A program made the translations under genes and the position numbers. A DNA stretch of 64,000 nt from Bacilli bacterium (GTDB lineage: Bacteria > Bacillota_I > Bacilli_A > ML615J-28 > CAG-313), in the NCBI GenBank assembly GCA_017501465.1, contig JAFVWY010000018.1:146748-210747 (forward strand), read 5' to 3'. This document shows, in pieces, positions 29,175 to 40,350 of this stretch. The notes under the pieces were generated by a model. It did not search any database and was not told the DNA's origin. It saw only the letters and a list, made by a program, of their open reading frames with translations. Every line of letters starts with the position of its first letter. Within the stretch, counting starts at the first letter, position 1.

Positions 29175-32036
29175 ATGAAAGAAGTTATTAAAAATTATCA
29201 ATTAAATAATTTATGTGATGAATTAATTAATATTATTAAAAATAGAAATGATATTTTTAAACCATTAAATATCATTGTTCCAAATATTAAAACTGAAAAA
29301 TGGATTAAATCATATTGGTTAAAACATCAAAATGATGTTTTAATGAATGTTAAATTTACATTAATTGATAATGCATTATTAAGTTTTATAGATTCTAAAA
29401 AAACATATAAACTTCTAAACAAAGAAGAGTTAAAATCATTAATTATAAAATTTTTAGTAAATGACAATAATATCAATTTTCCTAAAGAAATAACTGAATA
29501 TTTATATAATGATAATAAAATAAACCAAATAAAAATATATGATCTAGCAAATCAACTTGCAAATTTATACACTGAATATGATAACGATCAAATTGATATT
29601 ACTGGTTGGCAAAAGGAATTATATGATGTTATATTGAATGATGCTACAAATTATAATTTAACAACTTTAAGTTATTTATTTAATAATGAAAAGTATGTAA
29701 AAAAATCAAATGACATTACATATTTCTTTGGATTTATAGAATTTACTTCTTTACAAGAAAAAATCATCGATAAATATTCAAAATATTCAGATATCAAATT
29801 ATTCTTACTCGAAGAAGATATTAATTATAATAAAATATTTAAACTAACATCTGCACCTTCAAAACTTAGAGAAGTAGAATCAGTTCATACAAAAATATGT
29901 GAATTACTTAAAGATCCTTCTAATAAATATGATGATTTCTTAGTTCTTGCGACAAATATTAGTGAATATGAAAATGTAATACCTAGAGTATTTAACCAAG
30001 ATAATGTTAATTTCCCAAACATTCCTTATAAAATAAATAATAAAAAAAGAATAGAAACAAATCTATCCCTTGGTTTAAAGAAACTATTTGAAATATTAAA
30101 TAAAAAATTTTATACAAGAGCAGATTTTATATCTATTATAAATAATAAAGATGTTCAAAAATGTAAAGGAATATCAGAAGATGATGTAATTAATTTTGCA
30201 AATTCAATAGTGAAAATGAATGCATATAGAAATGGCACTAATAGAGATGACTGGGAATACGCTAAAAAAAGAGTACTACTTTCAAAATTATCAAGTATAA
30301 ATGATATTAATAATAATATAATAGAACTTTCAAATAAAAGTTATCTCCCATATACAAGTATAGAATTTACTGATGAATCAATTGTTAAATTTATCAATAT
30401 CATTGATGATTTAGACAGTTGGTTGAAAATTTCTAATAATATTCAATTTCTAAACAATGAAAACTTACTATTAATAAAAAACGAACTAATAAAATGGTTT
30501 TCAATTAAAGATGATAATGATTTTGAGACAAATAGTTATTTTAAAAACATCCTAAGTGATATTGATTTTTGGATACGTATTAATATATCAAATAATGATA
30601 TTCCATTAAATACATTATTTTATATGTTAATCGATTCAAGTACAGAAACAAAATTAAAAGGAACAGATTATTTTACAAAAGGAATAACATTTACGGATTT
30701 TGATGAAAATACAATACTTTCAACAAAACATATATTTTTCTTAAATGCAAGTTCAACAGAACTTCCTAAACAAAAAATTAAAAGTGAACTTGATTTAAGA
30801 AAAGAACCATTTGATGATAAAAAAACAAAAAGAGCATTCTCAATTCAATATCAAAATGCAGTATCATGTTTTAATATAAGCTATATTGATAAAGATTTAA
30901 AAACTGATGAAGATTTCTATCCGTCAACTTATATATTAAATTTAAAAAATAAATCAAAATTTGAAGAGGAAAAAATTACTCTAGATGAAATAAGAACGTG
31001 GTCAAAACTTTATACAAAAAAAGAATACAAAGATAAAAACTATTATACTAGTTTATTAGATATTGATGATGAAACATCTACTATAAGTGAAATATTTAAT
31101 TTATCAGAAAAAACAAAAAAAATAAAAATAAAAGAAATGGCTGAATACTTAGAAGAACCACTTATGAGTAAATCAAAACGTTTATTTGGAAAAGACTTTT
31201 CACTAGAAGAAGACTTTAAAGAAGAATTTGAACCTTTTACAATTGACAACATTTCAAAAAGTGTTTTAGTTAAAAAAATATGTATTGATATACTTTCAAA
31301 CAAAAAAGAGATAACTAGTATCGAAGAATACGATGAATTAAGAGAAAGATTCAATTTAGAACACAAACTACCTAATATAAATGAGACATTCAATGAAGAA
31401 TCTTTCAAAAAAGTTTTCTTAGAAAGTATAGAAATAATAAATTATATTAAAGAAAAAACAAATGAAAACTACGATGTAGTAAAACTACCTGATATATCAT
31501 TATATAATAATGAAACAGAATGGACATTAACATGTGATCAAGAATTATGTATATCTATAAATGAAAGAACAAGAAGATATTTCCAATTTAAGAAAAATTT
31601 AATAAAAGCAAATGAAATTGATTTTTTATATTTATATGTTTTCTCATTAATGGATGTATCAAACTTAAGTGATAATACATATGAAATTATATTAGATAGA
31701 GGTGTAGAAACAAGTTTTAATATAACCCCTTATAAAGCAAAAGAATTGTTAAATAATATTTATGATAAAATGAATGATTACAGTGATAATGTATATTTAC
31801 CTTTAAGAATTTTTGACAATGAAAAAATCACAAGTTTACAAGGTTTAATAGAAAACTTAAAAAAACTTCAAGGAAGCCCTTGGACATATTTTGATGATAA
31901 AAATCTATTTGACTATGAAACACAACTGGGTTATACTAATGAAAACTTCAACGAAAAATACAAACAAAAAAGAAAAGAACATATTGATCTAATAGAATAT
32001 ATGGAACAAATAGAAGAAAGTGAGGATGAAAAATAA
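29175..32036 (+). CDS. recC: Exodeoxyribonuclease V gamma subunit-like
   Basis: PLNIIVPN, LANQLANLYTEYD, WQKELY, SKLREVESVH, DDFLVLA, IPY; first gene of a recC-recB-recD run. Confidence 0.8.
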   Translation: MKEVIKNYQLNNLCDELINIIKNRNDIFKPLNIIVPNIKTEKWIKSYWLKHQNDVLMNVKFTLIDNALLSFIDSKKTYKLLNKEELKSLIIKFLVNDNNINFPKEITEYLYNDNKINQIKIYDLANQLANLYTEYDNDQIDITGWQKELYDVILNDATNYNLTTLSYLFNNEKYVKKSNDITYFFGFIEFTSLQEKIIDKYSKYSDIKLFLLEEDINYNKIFKLTSAPSKLREVESVHTKICELLKDPSNKYDDFLVLATNISEYENVIPRVFNQDNVNFPNIPYKINNKKRIETNLSLGLKKLFEILNKKFYTRADFISIINNKDVQKCKGISEDDVINFANSIVKMNAYRNGTNRDDWEYAKKRVLLSKLSSINDINNNIIELSNKSYLPYTSIEFTDESIVKFINIIDDLDSWLKISNNIQFLNNENLLLIKNELIKWFSIKDDNDFETNSYFKNILSDIDFWIRINISNNDIPLNTLFYMLIDSSTETKLKGTDYFTKGITFTDFDENTILSTKHIFFLNASSTELPKQKIKSELDLRKEPFDDKKTKRAFSIQYQNAVSCFNISYIDKDLKTDEDFYPSTYILNLKNKSKFEEEKITLDEIRTWSKLYTKKEYKDKNYYTSLLDIDDETSTISEIFNLSEKTKKIKIKEMAEYLEEPLMSKSKRLFGKDFSLEEDFKEEFEPFTIDNISKSVLVKKICIDILSNKKEITSIEEYDELRERFNLEHKLPNINETFNEESFKKVFLESIEIINYIKEKTNENYDVVKLPDISLYNNETEWTLTCDQELCISINERTRRYFQFKKNLIKANEIDFLYLYVFSLMDVSNLSDNTYEIILDRGVETSFNITPYKAKELLNNIYDKMNDYSDNVYLPLRIFDNEKITSLQGLIENLKKLQGSPWTYFDDKNLFDYETQLGYTNENFNEKYKQKRKEHIDLIEYMEQIEESEDEK

Positions 32037-35000
32037 TGAATAAATTTGATTTAAATAATTTTAATCCAAACTTAAACTATGTAATTGAAGCATCAGCAGG
32101 AACTGGAAAAACATACAATATCGTTGAAATAGTAGATAAATATGTAAATGTATATAACTTCGAATTAAATGAAATATTAATTGTAACATATACAGAAAAA
32201 GCAGCTGGTGAATTAAAAGATAGAATTAGAGATAAACTAAAAAATAAAAACGTTGATAATGCGTCAATATATACAATTCACTCATTTTGTCAAAATGCAA
32301 TTAAAGAATTTGGCCTTTCAGCAAACCTACCTTTCAACTTAAATGTTGTTGATGAAAGCGAAATGTATAAATTTGTAGAAAGATACGTAAGAGATAGTGA
32401 TATTATAAAAGATATCACCATGTTTGTAGAAACCCAAGAAAGTTTTGATATTGATAGTCTTAAAGAAATTCTTGTTAAAGGATGTCAAATGTATTATTTA
32501 GATATTAACAATAATGAAGATAAATCAATTATTACTTTAAACGAAAGTACAACTTATGAAGATATTTATAATTATAAAAAATCACTAGCAACATCAAAAA
32601 CATTTGAAGATATTTTATCAAAAAATGATAGAATTGCATATAACTATAATATATTAAAAAATGGAATTTTCGATAAATCAAAAGATTTAGCAAGTATTTT
32701 AAGTACGGTAGAGCATTTTAATTTTAATGGCAATAGTTTTAGAAAGAAAAAATTTGAAGAAGCTTCTATTGATGAATATAATGCGTATCTTTATTTTTAT
32801 AATTTAAAAGACAATATCAAAAAAATAAAAAATGAAAAACTAATTGCATCAATCTACTTAAAAGATTTTTATATCAAATGGCAATATGAAAAAGAACTTA
32901 ACAAAAACCAAACATTTGATGACATGATTAGATATGTAAGAGAATCTATCATTCATGATGATAAATTAAAAAACAAACTGAAAAATAAATATAAAAGAGC
33001 TATAATTGATGAATTTCAAGATACCAATCAAAGACAATTCGATATTTTTAAAAACATCTTCATGGAAGATGATGAACATAAAATAATTGTTGTTGGAGAT
33101 CCTAAACAATCAATTTATTCTTTCCAAGGTGCAGACATTAACGTTTATTATAATGCAAAAGAAGCAATTAAAAATAATAATGGTGAAATTTGCATGTTAA
33201 ATAAGAATTATAGATCAACTGAAGATATGGTTGATTCTTGTAATAAATTATTTAATTACTATGATTTTAGTGGTACAACATTTGAAGATTGTGGTTCATT
33301 AAGTAAAAATAATGATAATGAATATCATGAAGTAAAATATTGTGGGAAAGATACAAATGCATTTTGGATTGCAACAGATGAATTTGATAATTCGATAGAT
33401 GAAAATGATTTTTCGAAGATTGCAGTCGAACAAATAATAGATTGTTGTACATTTGATAGTGATGGTAAAACAAAACTTCAAGTTAAAGATAAGAGTGGAG
33501 AATTTAGAAACGTATCATTCAAAGACTTTGCGGTACTTGCAAGAACAAAAAGTGAAATGTTCGCGATTGAAAAAGCCTTAAAAAATGCGGGAGTACCATA
33601 TTTAAGATATAAAGATAAACAACTTTTTTTAGGTAAAGAATGCGCTCATTGGATATGCTTATTAAAGGCAATTAACGTAGAAGATTTTACTGGAAGAAAT
33701 AGAAAACTATTAAAGAAAGCATTATTTACAAATTTTTTCTCGCTTTCTTTAGAACAAATAAATAGTGATTATGTAAATAAAGATGATATAAAAGAAATTG
33801 AAATAATCAATAACTGGAAATATCTTGCATATACAAATAAATGGGAAGATTTATTTGATGATATAATAATCAGTTCAAAAATATCAGATAAATTAAAATC
33901 TTTAAAGGATATTCAATCACTTTCGATTTATAAACAAATAGCAAATTATTGTATTGACTATTTATCAAAAGCAAAAACACTTAAAGAATTAATTAATAAC
34001 CTAACAAACCTATCAAAAAATGGTGATTTTGAAGGTGATGACCAAAATGGAAATATAATCGAAAAAAGTACAAATTTTGATTGTGTACAAATAATGACAA
34101 TACATGCATCAAAAGGATTACAATTCCCAGTTGTAATTGCTGTAGGTGGGTTTAAAGAATCATTTAAAAACGCAAAAGCATATAAGTGTCATAAAAAAGA
34201 CGAAAATAATAATGATCAACAAATACTTGTATTTGATAGATCAAATGATGTTGCAGAGGAAGAAACAGCAGAATGGAAAAGATTGTTCTATGTAGCTTAT
34301 ACTAGACCTCAGTTTTTATTAATATTACCACTATATAAAATTTATGGTGATAGATTTTTGGAAACATCAATTAAAGATTATATGAATAACCATAAAGACT
34401 CATATAAAATTGTTCATTCTAATAAAGAAAGTTATACAAAACTAAGAAGTAAAACAAGTGAAATCCTTTCAAAATATAATAAAGTATCGAATGATCAATA
34501 TGAAAAAATAGCACAAGATCAAATATTAAAAGATCTGATAAAAGAAAACTATCATAAAAAAATACAAAAACATTCATATTCATCATTATCACATGAGAAC
34601 AAACAACAAGATGATTATGAAATAAACAAAGAGGGCTTAATTGAGGAAGGCCTATCAATGTTTGATAAGCTTGCAAAACCAGTTAATCTAAACTATGATA
34701 AAGAAAAAGAACCTATAGAACTATCTATAGATTATCCTAAAGGCGCAAAAATTGGTACAGCTCTACATGAAATATTAGCGGAAACTGATTTTGAACAATA
34801 TGATAGAAACATTGAAAATAGAATAAAAAATTGTTTTATTAAACAAGGAATAAAGACTATTGAAGAATGGATCAATGATACTAAACAAATTGTTGAAAAT
34901 GTAGTAAATGCAAATTTACCTGTGATAAATGGATCACAAATTAAAAATGAAACATTAAATTTAAAATCTATAACACTAGATAGTAAATTAGATGAAGTAG

Positions 35001-35422
35001 AATTTAATTTTAATATTTTAACAGAAGATTTTAGAAATTACTGTAATGGATTTGTTGACTTAATTTTTAAAAACAATGAATACTATGCAATTGTAGACTG
35101 GAAATCAGATAGATTATATGATACATTTGATTCATATTCTTCACTAGATAGTATCAAACGCCATGTTGATGATGCTTATTCAATACAAAGAGTACTTTAT
35201 TCTTATTGTTTAATTAAATGGTTAAAACTTCATAATAAAGACTTATCAGAACAAGAAATATTTGAAAAACACTTTGGTGGAGTATATTATATTTTTATTA
35301 GAGGATGTAATTATAATACATTCAATGGTGTATATGCGCAAACATGGGAATCTTGGAATGATTTAGAACAATCATTTAAACAAATAATACAAGTTAAAAT
35401 AGGAGGAATGATTAATGAATAA
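32036..35422 (+). CDS. recB: Exodeoxyribonuclease V beta subunit (UvrD helicase plus PD-(D/E)xK nuclease)
   Basis: IEASAGTGKT, TYTEKAAGEL, IDEFQDT, VGDPKQSIYSF, NYRS, TIHASKGLQF, GFVDLIF..VDWKS. Confidence 0.9.
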   Translation: MNKFDLNNFNPNLNYVIEASAGTGKTYNIVEIVDKYVNVYNFELNEILIVTYTEKAAGELKDRIRDKLKNKNVDNASIYTIHSFCQNAIKEFGLSANLPFNLNVVDESEMYKFVERYVRDSDIIKDITMFVETQESFDIDSLKEILVKGCQMYYLDINNNEDKSIITLNESTTYEDIYNYKKSLATSKTFEDILSKNDRIAYNYNILKNGIFDKSKDLASILSTVEHFNFNGNSFRKKKFEEASIDEYNAYLYFYNLKDNIKKIKNEKLIASIYLKDFYIKWQYEKELNKNQTFDDMIRYVRESIIHDDKLKNKLKNKYKRAIIDEFQDTNQRQFDIFKNIFMEDDEHKIIVVGDPKQSIYSFQGADINVYYNAKEAIKNNNGEICMLNKNYRSTEDMVDSCNKLFNYYDFSGTTFEDCGSLSKNNDNEYHEVKYCGKDTNAFWIATDEFDNSIDENDFSKIAVEQIIDCCTFDSDGKTKLQVKDKSGEFRNVSFKDFAVLARTKSEMFAIEKALKNAGVPYLRYKDKQLFLGKECAHWICLLKAINVEDFTGRNRKLLKKALFTNFFSLSLEQINSDYVNKDDIKEIEIINNWKYLAYTNKWEDLFDDIIISSKISDKLKSLKDIQSLSIYKQIANYCIDYLSKAKTLKELINNLTNLSKNGDFEGDDQNGNIIEKSTNFDCVQIMTIHASKGLQFPVVIAVGGFKESFKNAKAYKCHKKDENNNDQQILVFDRSNDVAEEETAEWKRLFYVAYTRPQFLLILPLYKIYGDRFLETSIKDYMNNHKDSYKIVHSNKESYTKLRSKTSEILSKYNKVSNDQYEKIAQDQILKDLIKENYHKKIQKHSYSSLSHENKQQDDYEINKEGLIEEGLSMFDKLAKPVNLNYDKEKEPIELSIDYPKGAKIGTALHEILAETDFEQYDRNIENRIKNCFIKQGIKTIEEWINDTKQIVENVVNANLPVINGSQIKNETLNLKSITLDSKLDEVEFNFNILTEDFRNYCNGFVDLIFKNNEYYAIVDWKSDRLYDTFDSYSSLDSIKRHVDDAYSIQRVLYSYCLIKWLKLHNKDLSEQEIFEKHFGGVYYIFIRGCNYNTFNGVYAQTWESWNDLEQSFKQIIQVKIGGMINE

Positions 35423-37343
35423 TTATAAAGCATTTTACAACTTTTTATTAAATAGTAAAATGATAACTCCTATTTGGGAATACATCTTAGAATTAATCGA
35501 AATAGAAATTAAAGATAATAAAAACAAAAATTATTATTTAATAATTTTTTCAGTATATTTTAGTTTAATTGGAGATGGTAACATTTGTATATCATTAAAT
35601 AAAGAAATCTTAAAGAACAAATGGAATGTAAAAGTAAACGCTACAAAAATTCTTCTTAGCGAAAACGAAGACTATAACGAAGAAGAATTTAATGATTATT
35701 ATAATTTCTCTATAAATGTAATTGATAATTATTTAGAACAAATTAACAATGTGGAATTGCCACAAATTATTGGTGACAATAAAGTATTTCAAATAGATAA
35801 CAACTATTTATATGTGAAGAAATATGACGTCGCAAGAAAAGGAATCATATCATCAATAGACAGAATATTCTCTAAAAAAAGAAATATACAAAATTCAACA
35901 TCTTATAAAGAATTTGTAAATGATGGATTTAATCTTTCTGAAGGCCAAGAAAAATCTGTAATTGAAGGCTTAAATAAAAACCTAATAATTACAGGGGGAC
36001 CTGGAACTGGTAAAACAACATCAATTTTATTTTTATTAATAAACTTACTTAAAAATTATAATAATGAAATAACAGTATACTTGGTTGCACCAAGTGGCAA
36101 AGCCTCAAGCAGAATGAAAGAAAGTATTATAAATGGTTTAGTAAATATTAAAGAAGAATATAAAAAACAAAACCAAGATATTATTGATAAAATTAATAAT
36201 CTAGAAGAATCAACAATACATAGATTACTAAGTGTTGATATGGAAACTTGTGGATTTGCATACAATAAAAATCATCAATTCAATAGTGATTCGCTATTTG
36301 TTATTGATGAATCAAGTATGATAGATGTTTGCTTATTTAATTCTTTATTGGAATCTATTCCAGACGATTCATTAGTTTATATAATGGGAGATAAAAACCA
36401 ATTACCATCAGTTGAATGTGGAGCAGTATTCGGAGATTTACTAAAGAAACAATCCTTAAAAGAAAATATTATCGAACTAGATGAATCAATTAGATTTAGA
36501 AAAGGAACGAAAATATATGAACTAGCTTATTGTATAAACAATGGATTAGATATACCAGTAAATGAAAATGACTGGAAAGATTTTGATACATTTGAAATAA
36601 AAAAAGAAGATCCAACAAAACCAATATTCTATTATAATATCAATAAAGAAGGATATTCGATTAAAGATATAATTGATTTTGTTTCAAATAAATGGGCTAA
36701 TGAATACTTTAAATCTTTACAAAAGATGGCAACCAATCTTGATCATAACGATATACAATATTTAAAAGAGTTATTTAAATATACTGAAAGTAGTAAAATA
36801 CTATGTGCAGAAAATAAAGGGCCAAGAGGAATACAAGAAATAAATAAATTCATAAAGAAAACAGTTATTGATTATTCAATGCCAACAACAATCAATGGAT
36901 ACTATCCAGGAATGTTGATGATGATTAACAAAAATAACAAAATGTTAGATTTGTACAATGGGGACTCAGGTATACTTGTAACATTTGAAAAAGATCCAAC
37001 ATTATATTTTATGGTTAAAAAAGCAACCAATCTTGTTAAAGAAGAAGGAAAATTTGAAGACAAAATTTTCAAAATTGATGACTTCACATTTTATCCTTTA
37101 CGACTTATTACAAGAAGTGAAATTGACTTATCATATGCAATAACTATTCATAAGTCACAAGGATCAGATTATAAAAATATTCTAGTAATCCTTCCAACTG
37201 CAAAAGGGCACCCTTTATTAAATAGACAAATAATTTATACTGCAATAACAAGAACAAAAGGAAATACTTATATACTTTCTAATCAAGAACGTTTAATAGA
37301 ATCAAAAGATTGTGTAATAGTTAGAGATACAAATATAGAATAA
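35415..37343 (+). CDS. recD: Exodeoxyribonuclease V alpha subunit
   Basis: ITGGPGTGKTT, APSGKA, TIHRLL, IDESSMID, GDKNQLPSV, NGDSG, TIHKSQGS, YTAITR. Confidence 0.92.
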   Translation: MNNYKAFYNFLLNSKMITPIWEYILELIEIEIKDNKNKNYYLIIFSVYFSLIGDGNICISLNKEILKNKWNVKVNATKILLSENEDYNEEEFNDYYNFSINVIDNYLEQINNVELPQIIGDNKVFQIDNNYLYVKKYDVARKGIISSIDRIFSKKRNIQNSTSYKEFVNDGFNLSEGQEKSVIEGLNKNLIITGGPGTGKTTSILFLLINLLKNYNNEITVYLVAPSGKASSRMKESIINGLVNIKEEYKKQNQDIIDKINNLEESTIHRLLSVDMETCGFAYNKNHQFNSDSLFVIDESSMIDVCLFNSLLESIPDDSLVYIMGDKNQLPSVECGAVFGDLLKKQSLKENIIELDESIRFRKGTKIYELAYCINNGLDIPVNENDWKDFDTFEIKKEDPTKPIFYYNINKEGYSIKDIIDFVSNKWANEYFKSLQKMATNLDHNDIQYLKELFKYTESSKILCAENKGPRGIQEINKFIKKTVIDYSMPTTINGYYPGMLMMINKNNKMLDLYNGDSGILVTFEKDPTLYFMVKKATNLVKEEGKFEDKIFKIDDFTFYPLRLITRSEIDLSYAITIHKSQGSDYKNILVILPTAKGHPLLNRQIIYTAITRTKGNTYILSNQERLIESKDCVIVRDTNIE

Positions 37344-37369
37344 ATATATAAAAAAATATTAAAGAAATT

Positions 37370-37510
37370 AAAATGTCAGTAAAAACTACTGACATTTTTA
37401 TATTTTTTATATGATATAATGCTAGTGTAAGCTTAAGTGTACCTCTTATTTACAATCCCTTTAATTAATTTGTTGTTTTATTCTTTCATTTTTTTATTAC
37501 TTAAGCTTAC
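37370..37510 (+). promoter_or_regulatory. Palindrome, extended -10 promoter and long-stem leader
   Basis: aaaatgtcagta-aaaac-tactgacatttt; TGATATAAT at ~37412; gtaagcttaagt...acttaagcttac stem. Confidence 0.5.
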
Positions 37511-37569
37511 TTAATTGGGTTTAAACTTTTATACAAAAGTAAATATATATAATAATAAGGAGAACAATT

Positions 37570-38292
37570 ATGTCAAGATGTGGAACTAAAAAAAGTATAA
37601 GTTTTTTTGATCAAAAAGAATGGTATTATCATGAAAAGGATTATGGAAAATTAATCATTAAACCTGGAGCACCAAGAAGTGTTAATGAAGGTTTTAAAGA
37701 CTTCTTATTTGATTTTAACTTAGATGAAGAATTTGATTTTGAGCTATATCATACATTATTATATGAAATAAGTGAACAAAACATTGATTTTGTAAAGATA
37801 ATGATTTACAAAATATTTAATGGAAATGATAATTATGATACTAAAATTAATGATGATACAAAAATGATATGGTATGAATGTGGTGATAGAGTTGATGAGC
37901 ATTGTAATGAATATTCAAAATGGATTTGGTTTAATGATATTGATAGTTTTAAAAAAATAAGTGAAGTTATTATAAAAGATGTATTTGATAATTATGAAGA
38001 ATATAACAGAGAAATATTAACAAAATTTAATGATATTAATAAAGAAGAAGACTTTAAAAAATACAAAATTAAATTACTACAATTAATTGATGAATTAAAT
38101 TCAACAACACCTTATGCATATCTTAAGTTTTATATATTTGATGATCCATATCAAGCTAAATACTTACTGGATAAGCGATTATGTTATATTGGAATACCAT
38201 TTGATTTCTTTAAAGAATATAAAAGAGAATTATTTATATTAGATAATGAATTAAAAAAATATTTAAAAGATAAAAAAAGTTTTATTGGTTAA
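37570..38292 (+). CDS. Hypothetical protein
   Basis: 240 aa ORF with AAGGAG RBS. Confidence 0.7.
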   Translation: MSRCGTKKSISFFDQKEWYYHEKDYGKLIIKPGAPRSVNEGFKDFLFDFNLDEEFDFELYHTLLYEISEQNIDFVKIMIYKIFNGNDNYDTKINDDTKMIWYECGDRVDEHCNEYSKWIWFNDIDSFKKISEVIIKDVFDNYEEYNREILTKFNDINKEEDFKKYKIKLLQLIDELNSTTPYAYLKFYIFDDPYQAKYLLDKRLCYIGIPFDFFKEYKRELFILDNELKKYLKDKKSFIG

Positions 38293-38307
38293 TAATGAGG
38301 AATAGTT

Positions 38308-39333
38308 ATGTTAGAAATGTTAATTTATAGTAAAGAAAACAATAAAGATTTAGAAAGAAATATATTTGCAGGAATGGAAATAATCGGCCATAATCTTTTA
38401 TATAAAAATGAAGAACTAAAACAAACACTAGAAAAATGGAATGTTGCAAATGAAAATTATAAAAACGGAATTGTGTTTTTATTACTATGTCCATGGTATG
38501 CAAGAAATATCAAAGAAGTTGAAAGTGAAATAGATAAATTTTCAAAATTATTTAATTATAAATATAATGAAGATTATATTATATATGCAAAAAAAATATA
38601 TCACTTACTTCATAATGATGAAGCAGTTGAAATGGATATTCATATGAATAAAAATAAAGAATTATCTTTTGAAGAAGAATTAATAAATATTAATATATAT
38701 GATGCAATCAAAAAAAATATAGATATGAATAAATTGAAGAAAACATTAAGCCAAATAAATAAAAAACATAATGAATATGAATTAACAATTAGAGCTATAG
38801 AACACAGATTATATTTATTTAACCAATCAACAAAAATAAATGATATGACAAAATTTATTGCAAATGAATTTATTTGCCAAAGACAATGTCCGTCAACTAA
38901 AAAATATTATGATACTAAATTTATTGATTGGTATTTTAATGATAACATTGAAATACTTAAAAAAAACCTAATATATAACTTATTAGGCGATCTAATTGAT
39001 AATTTTGATTTTTATGAAATGAAAGATAATTTATTTTTAGAAGACTATGATGAATTTATAAAAGATGTAGGATTTTTCTGTATGGTAGATAGTGATTATC
39101 ATAAAGTTATTGTAGAAATAAAAAATGATTTACCATTAATTTTTAGTAAAAATGAAAATGACTTTATTAAAGGTTTAGACTCAATCAATGAAAAATTAAA
39201 AAAATATAATTTCAAAGAAAAATTCATATTTTTTAATTCTGTAGATGATGCTCTAAAATATTTAAATAAAGAATATCAAGATGATTCAATCAACTATAAT
39301 GAAATATTTGAAAGAAGATATTTTATTAATTAA
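38308..39333 (+). CDS. Hypothetical protein
   Basis: 341 aa ORF with GAGG RBS. Confidence 0.7.
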   Translation: MLEMLIYSKENNKDLERNIFAGMEIIGHNLLYKNEELKQTLEKWNVANENYKNGIVFLLLCPWYARNIKEVESEIDKFSKLFNYKYNEDYIIYAKKIYHLLHNDEAVEMDIHMNKNKELSFEEELININIYDAIKKNIDMNKLKKTLSQINKKHNEYELTIRAIEHRLYLFNQSTKINDMTKFIANEFICQRQCPSTKKYYDTKFIDWYFNDNIEILKKNLIYNLLGDLIDNFDFYEMKDNLFLEDYDEFIKDVGFFCMVDSDYHKVIVEIKNDLPLIFSKNENDFIKGLDSINEKLKKYNFKEKFIFFNSVDDALKYLNKEYQDDSINYNEIFERRYFIN

Positions 39334-39399
39334 ACTTAATAATAAAATATGATATAAATTATAGTTATGGTATAATTAATATGAAAGCAAGGTGTTATT

Positions 39400-40326
39400 A
39401 TGAATAAAAACGAAATACTAATTCAATATCGTATGGAACAAAAATTTGGTAAAATTTTTGAAACAACTATGAAAGATTTATATAATTTCATCGAAGATGA
39501 AATAGATAATGGGGCAACCGAAATAGAAATAATAAATTTAATGTATAAACTATATCGAGATGATGTTATAGATATAAAAAGTTTAAAAAATATCGTTGAA
39601 TACCTTGGAAAAGAATTACCACTTCAAATGGAATATTATGGAGAAAAAGCAAAAACAATCATTAGAGATTTCGCACAATACTGTCCAAATGAATCAGAAC
39701 TTTTAAAACGTATTTTTCATGAATATCAAATAGGTAGTATGAATATTAATATTTGTAGAATTTGTATAACACTAATGGGATATAGATTTAGTAGCGAATT
39801 TGAAAAAATGTCTGCTCAAGAAAGAAGAAATTCAACATGGATATATGATTTAAATGGAGATATGGTTAAAATAGATTCAAATTATAAAAAATTTGTAGAT
39901 GTTTATACTGGTATATTAAACTTAGAGAATACAGGACTATTAGCCCCCTCATATCCTTATATTAATAATTATGATTTTATTGATGATTATATGTTGCAAA
40001 AAGGTATAAAAAACCAAGACTTAAAAAAAGCAGGACTTTTTAGAAAATATAAAGCAGAATTAAAACAAAAAGGTTTCAAAAGAAAAATAGATGTATTTAG
40101 AATGATAATAACGCTTAATTTACCATCATCTATTGCAAAACAATTTCTAAATATATGCGGATTTAATTTTGATCCATTTGATGAAAAAGATATGTTTATA
40201 CTAGATTATTTAAATGGAAAATATGAAAAGAAAAAAACATTCCAAGAATTTGCGGATATGTTTAATGAAAAATTTGAATTATCAGAAAAAAAACCTATCT
40301 ATTTTGAATGGCCAAACTGGGAATAA
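39400..40326 (+). CDS. Hypothetical protein with two copies of a ~50 aa helical module
   Basis: GATEIEII..YKLYRDDVI..LGKEL and NESELL..FHEYQIGSM..MGYRFSSEF; TGGTATAAT promoter upstream. Confidence 0.65.
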   Translation: MNKNEILIQYRMEQKFGKIFETTMKDLYNFIEDEIDNGATEIEIINLMYKLYRDDVIDIKSLKNIVEYLGKELPLQMEYYGEKAKTIIRDFAQYCPNESELLKRIFHEYQIGSMNINICRICITLMGYRFSSEFEKMSAQERRNSTWIYDLNGDMVKIDSNYKKFVDVYTGILNLENTGLLAPSYPYINNYDFIDDYMLQKGIKNQDLKKAGLFRKYKAELKQKGFKRKIDVFRMIITLNLPSSIAKQFLNICGFNFDPFDEKDMFILDYLNGKYEKKKTFQEFADMFNEKFELSEKKPIYFEWPNWE

Positions 40327-40350
40327 AAGATAAATAAAGTATGTAGTATA

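Noticed and set aside
32036-35422. AddA or Gabija GajB assignment
   Set aside because: It is flanked by RecC-like and RecD genes; the upstream protein lacks the AddB Walker A and Fe-S cysteines, and no OLD-family GajA is adjacent
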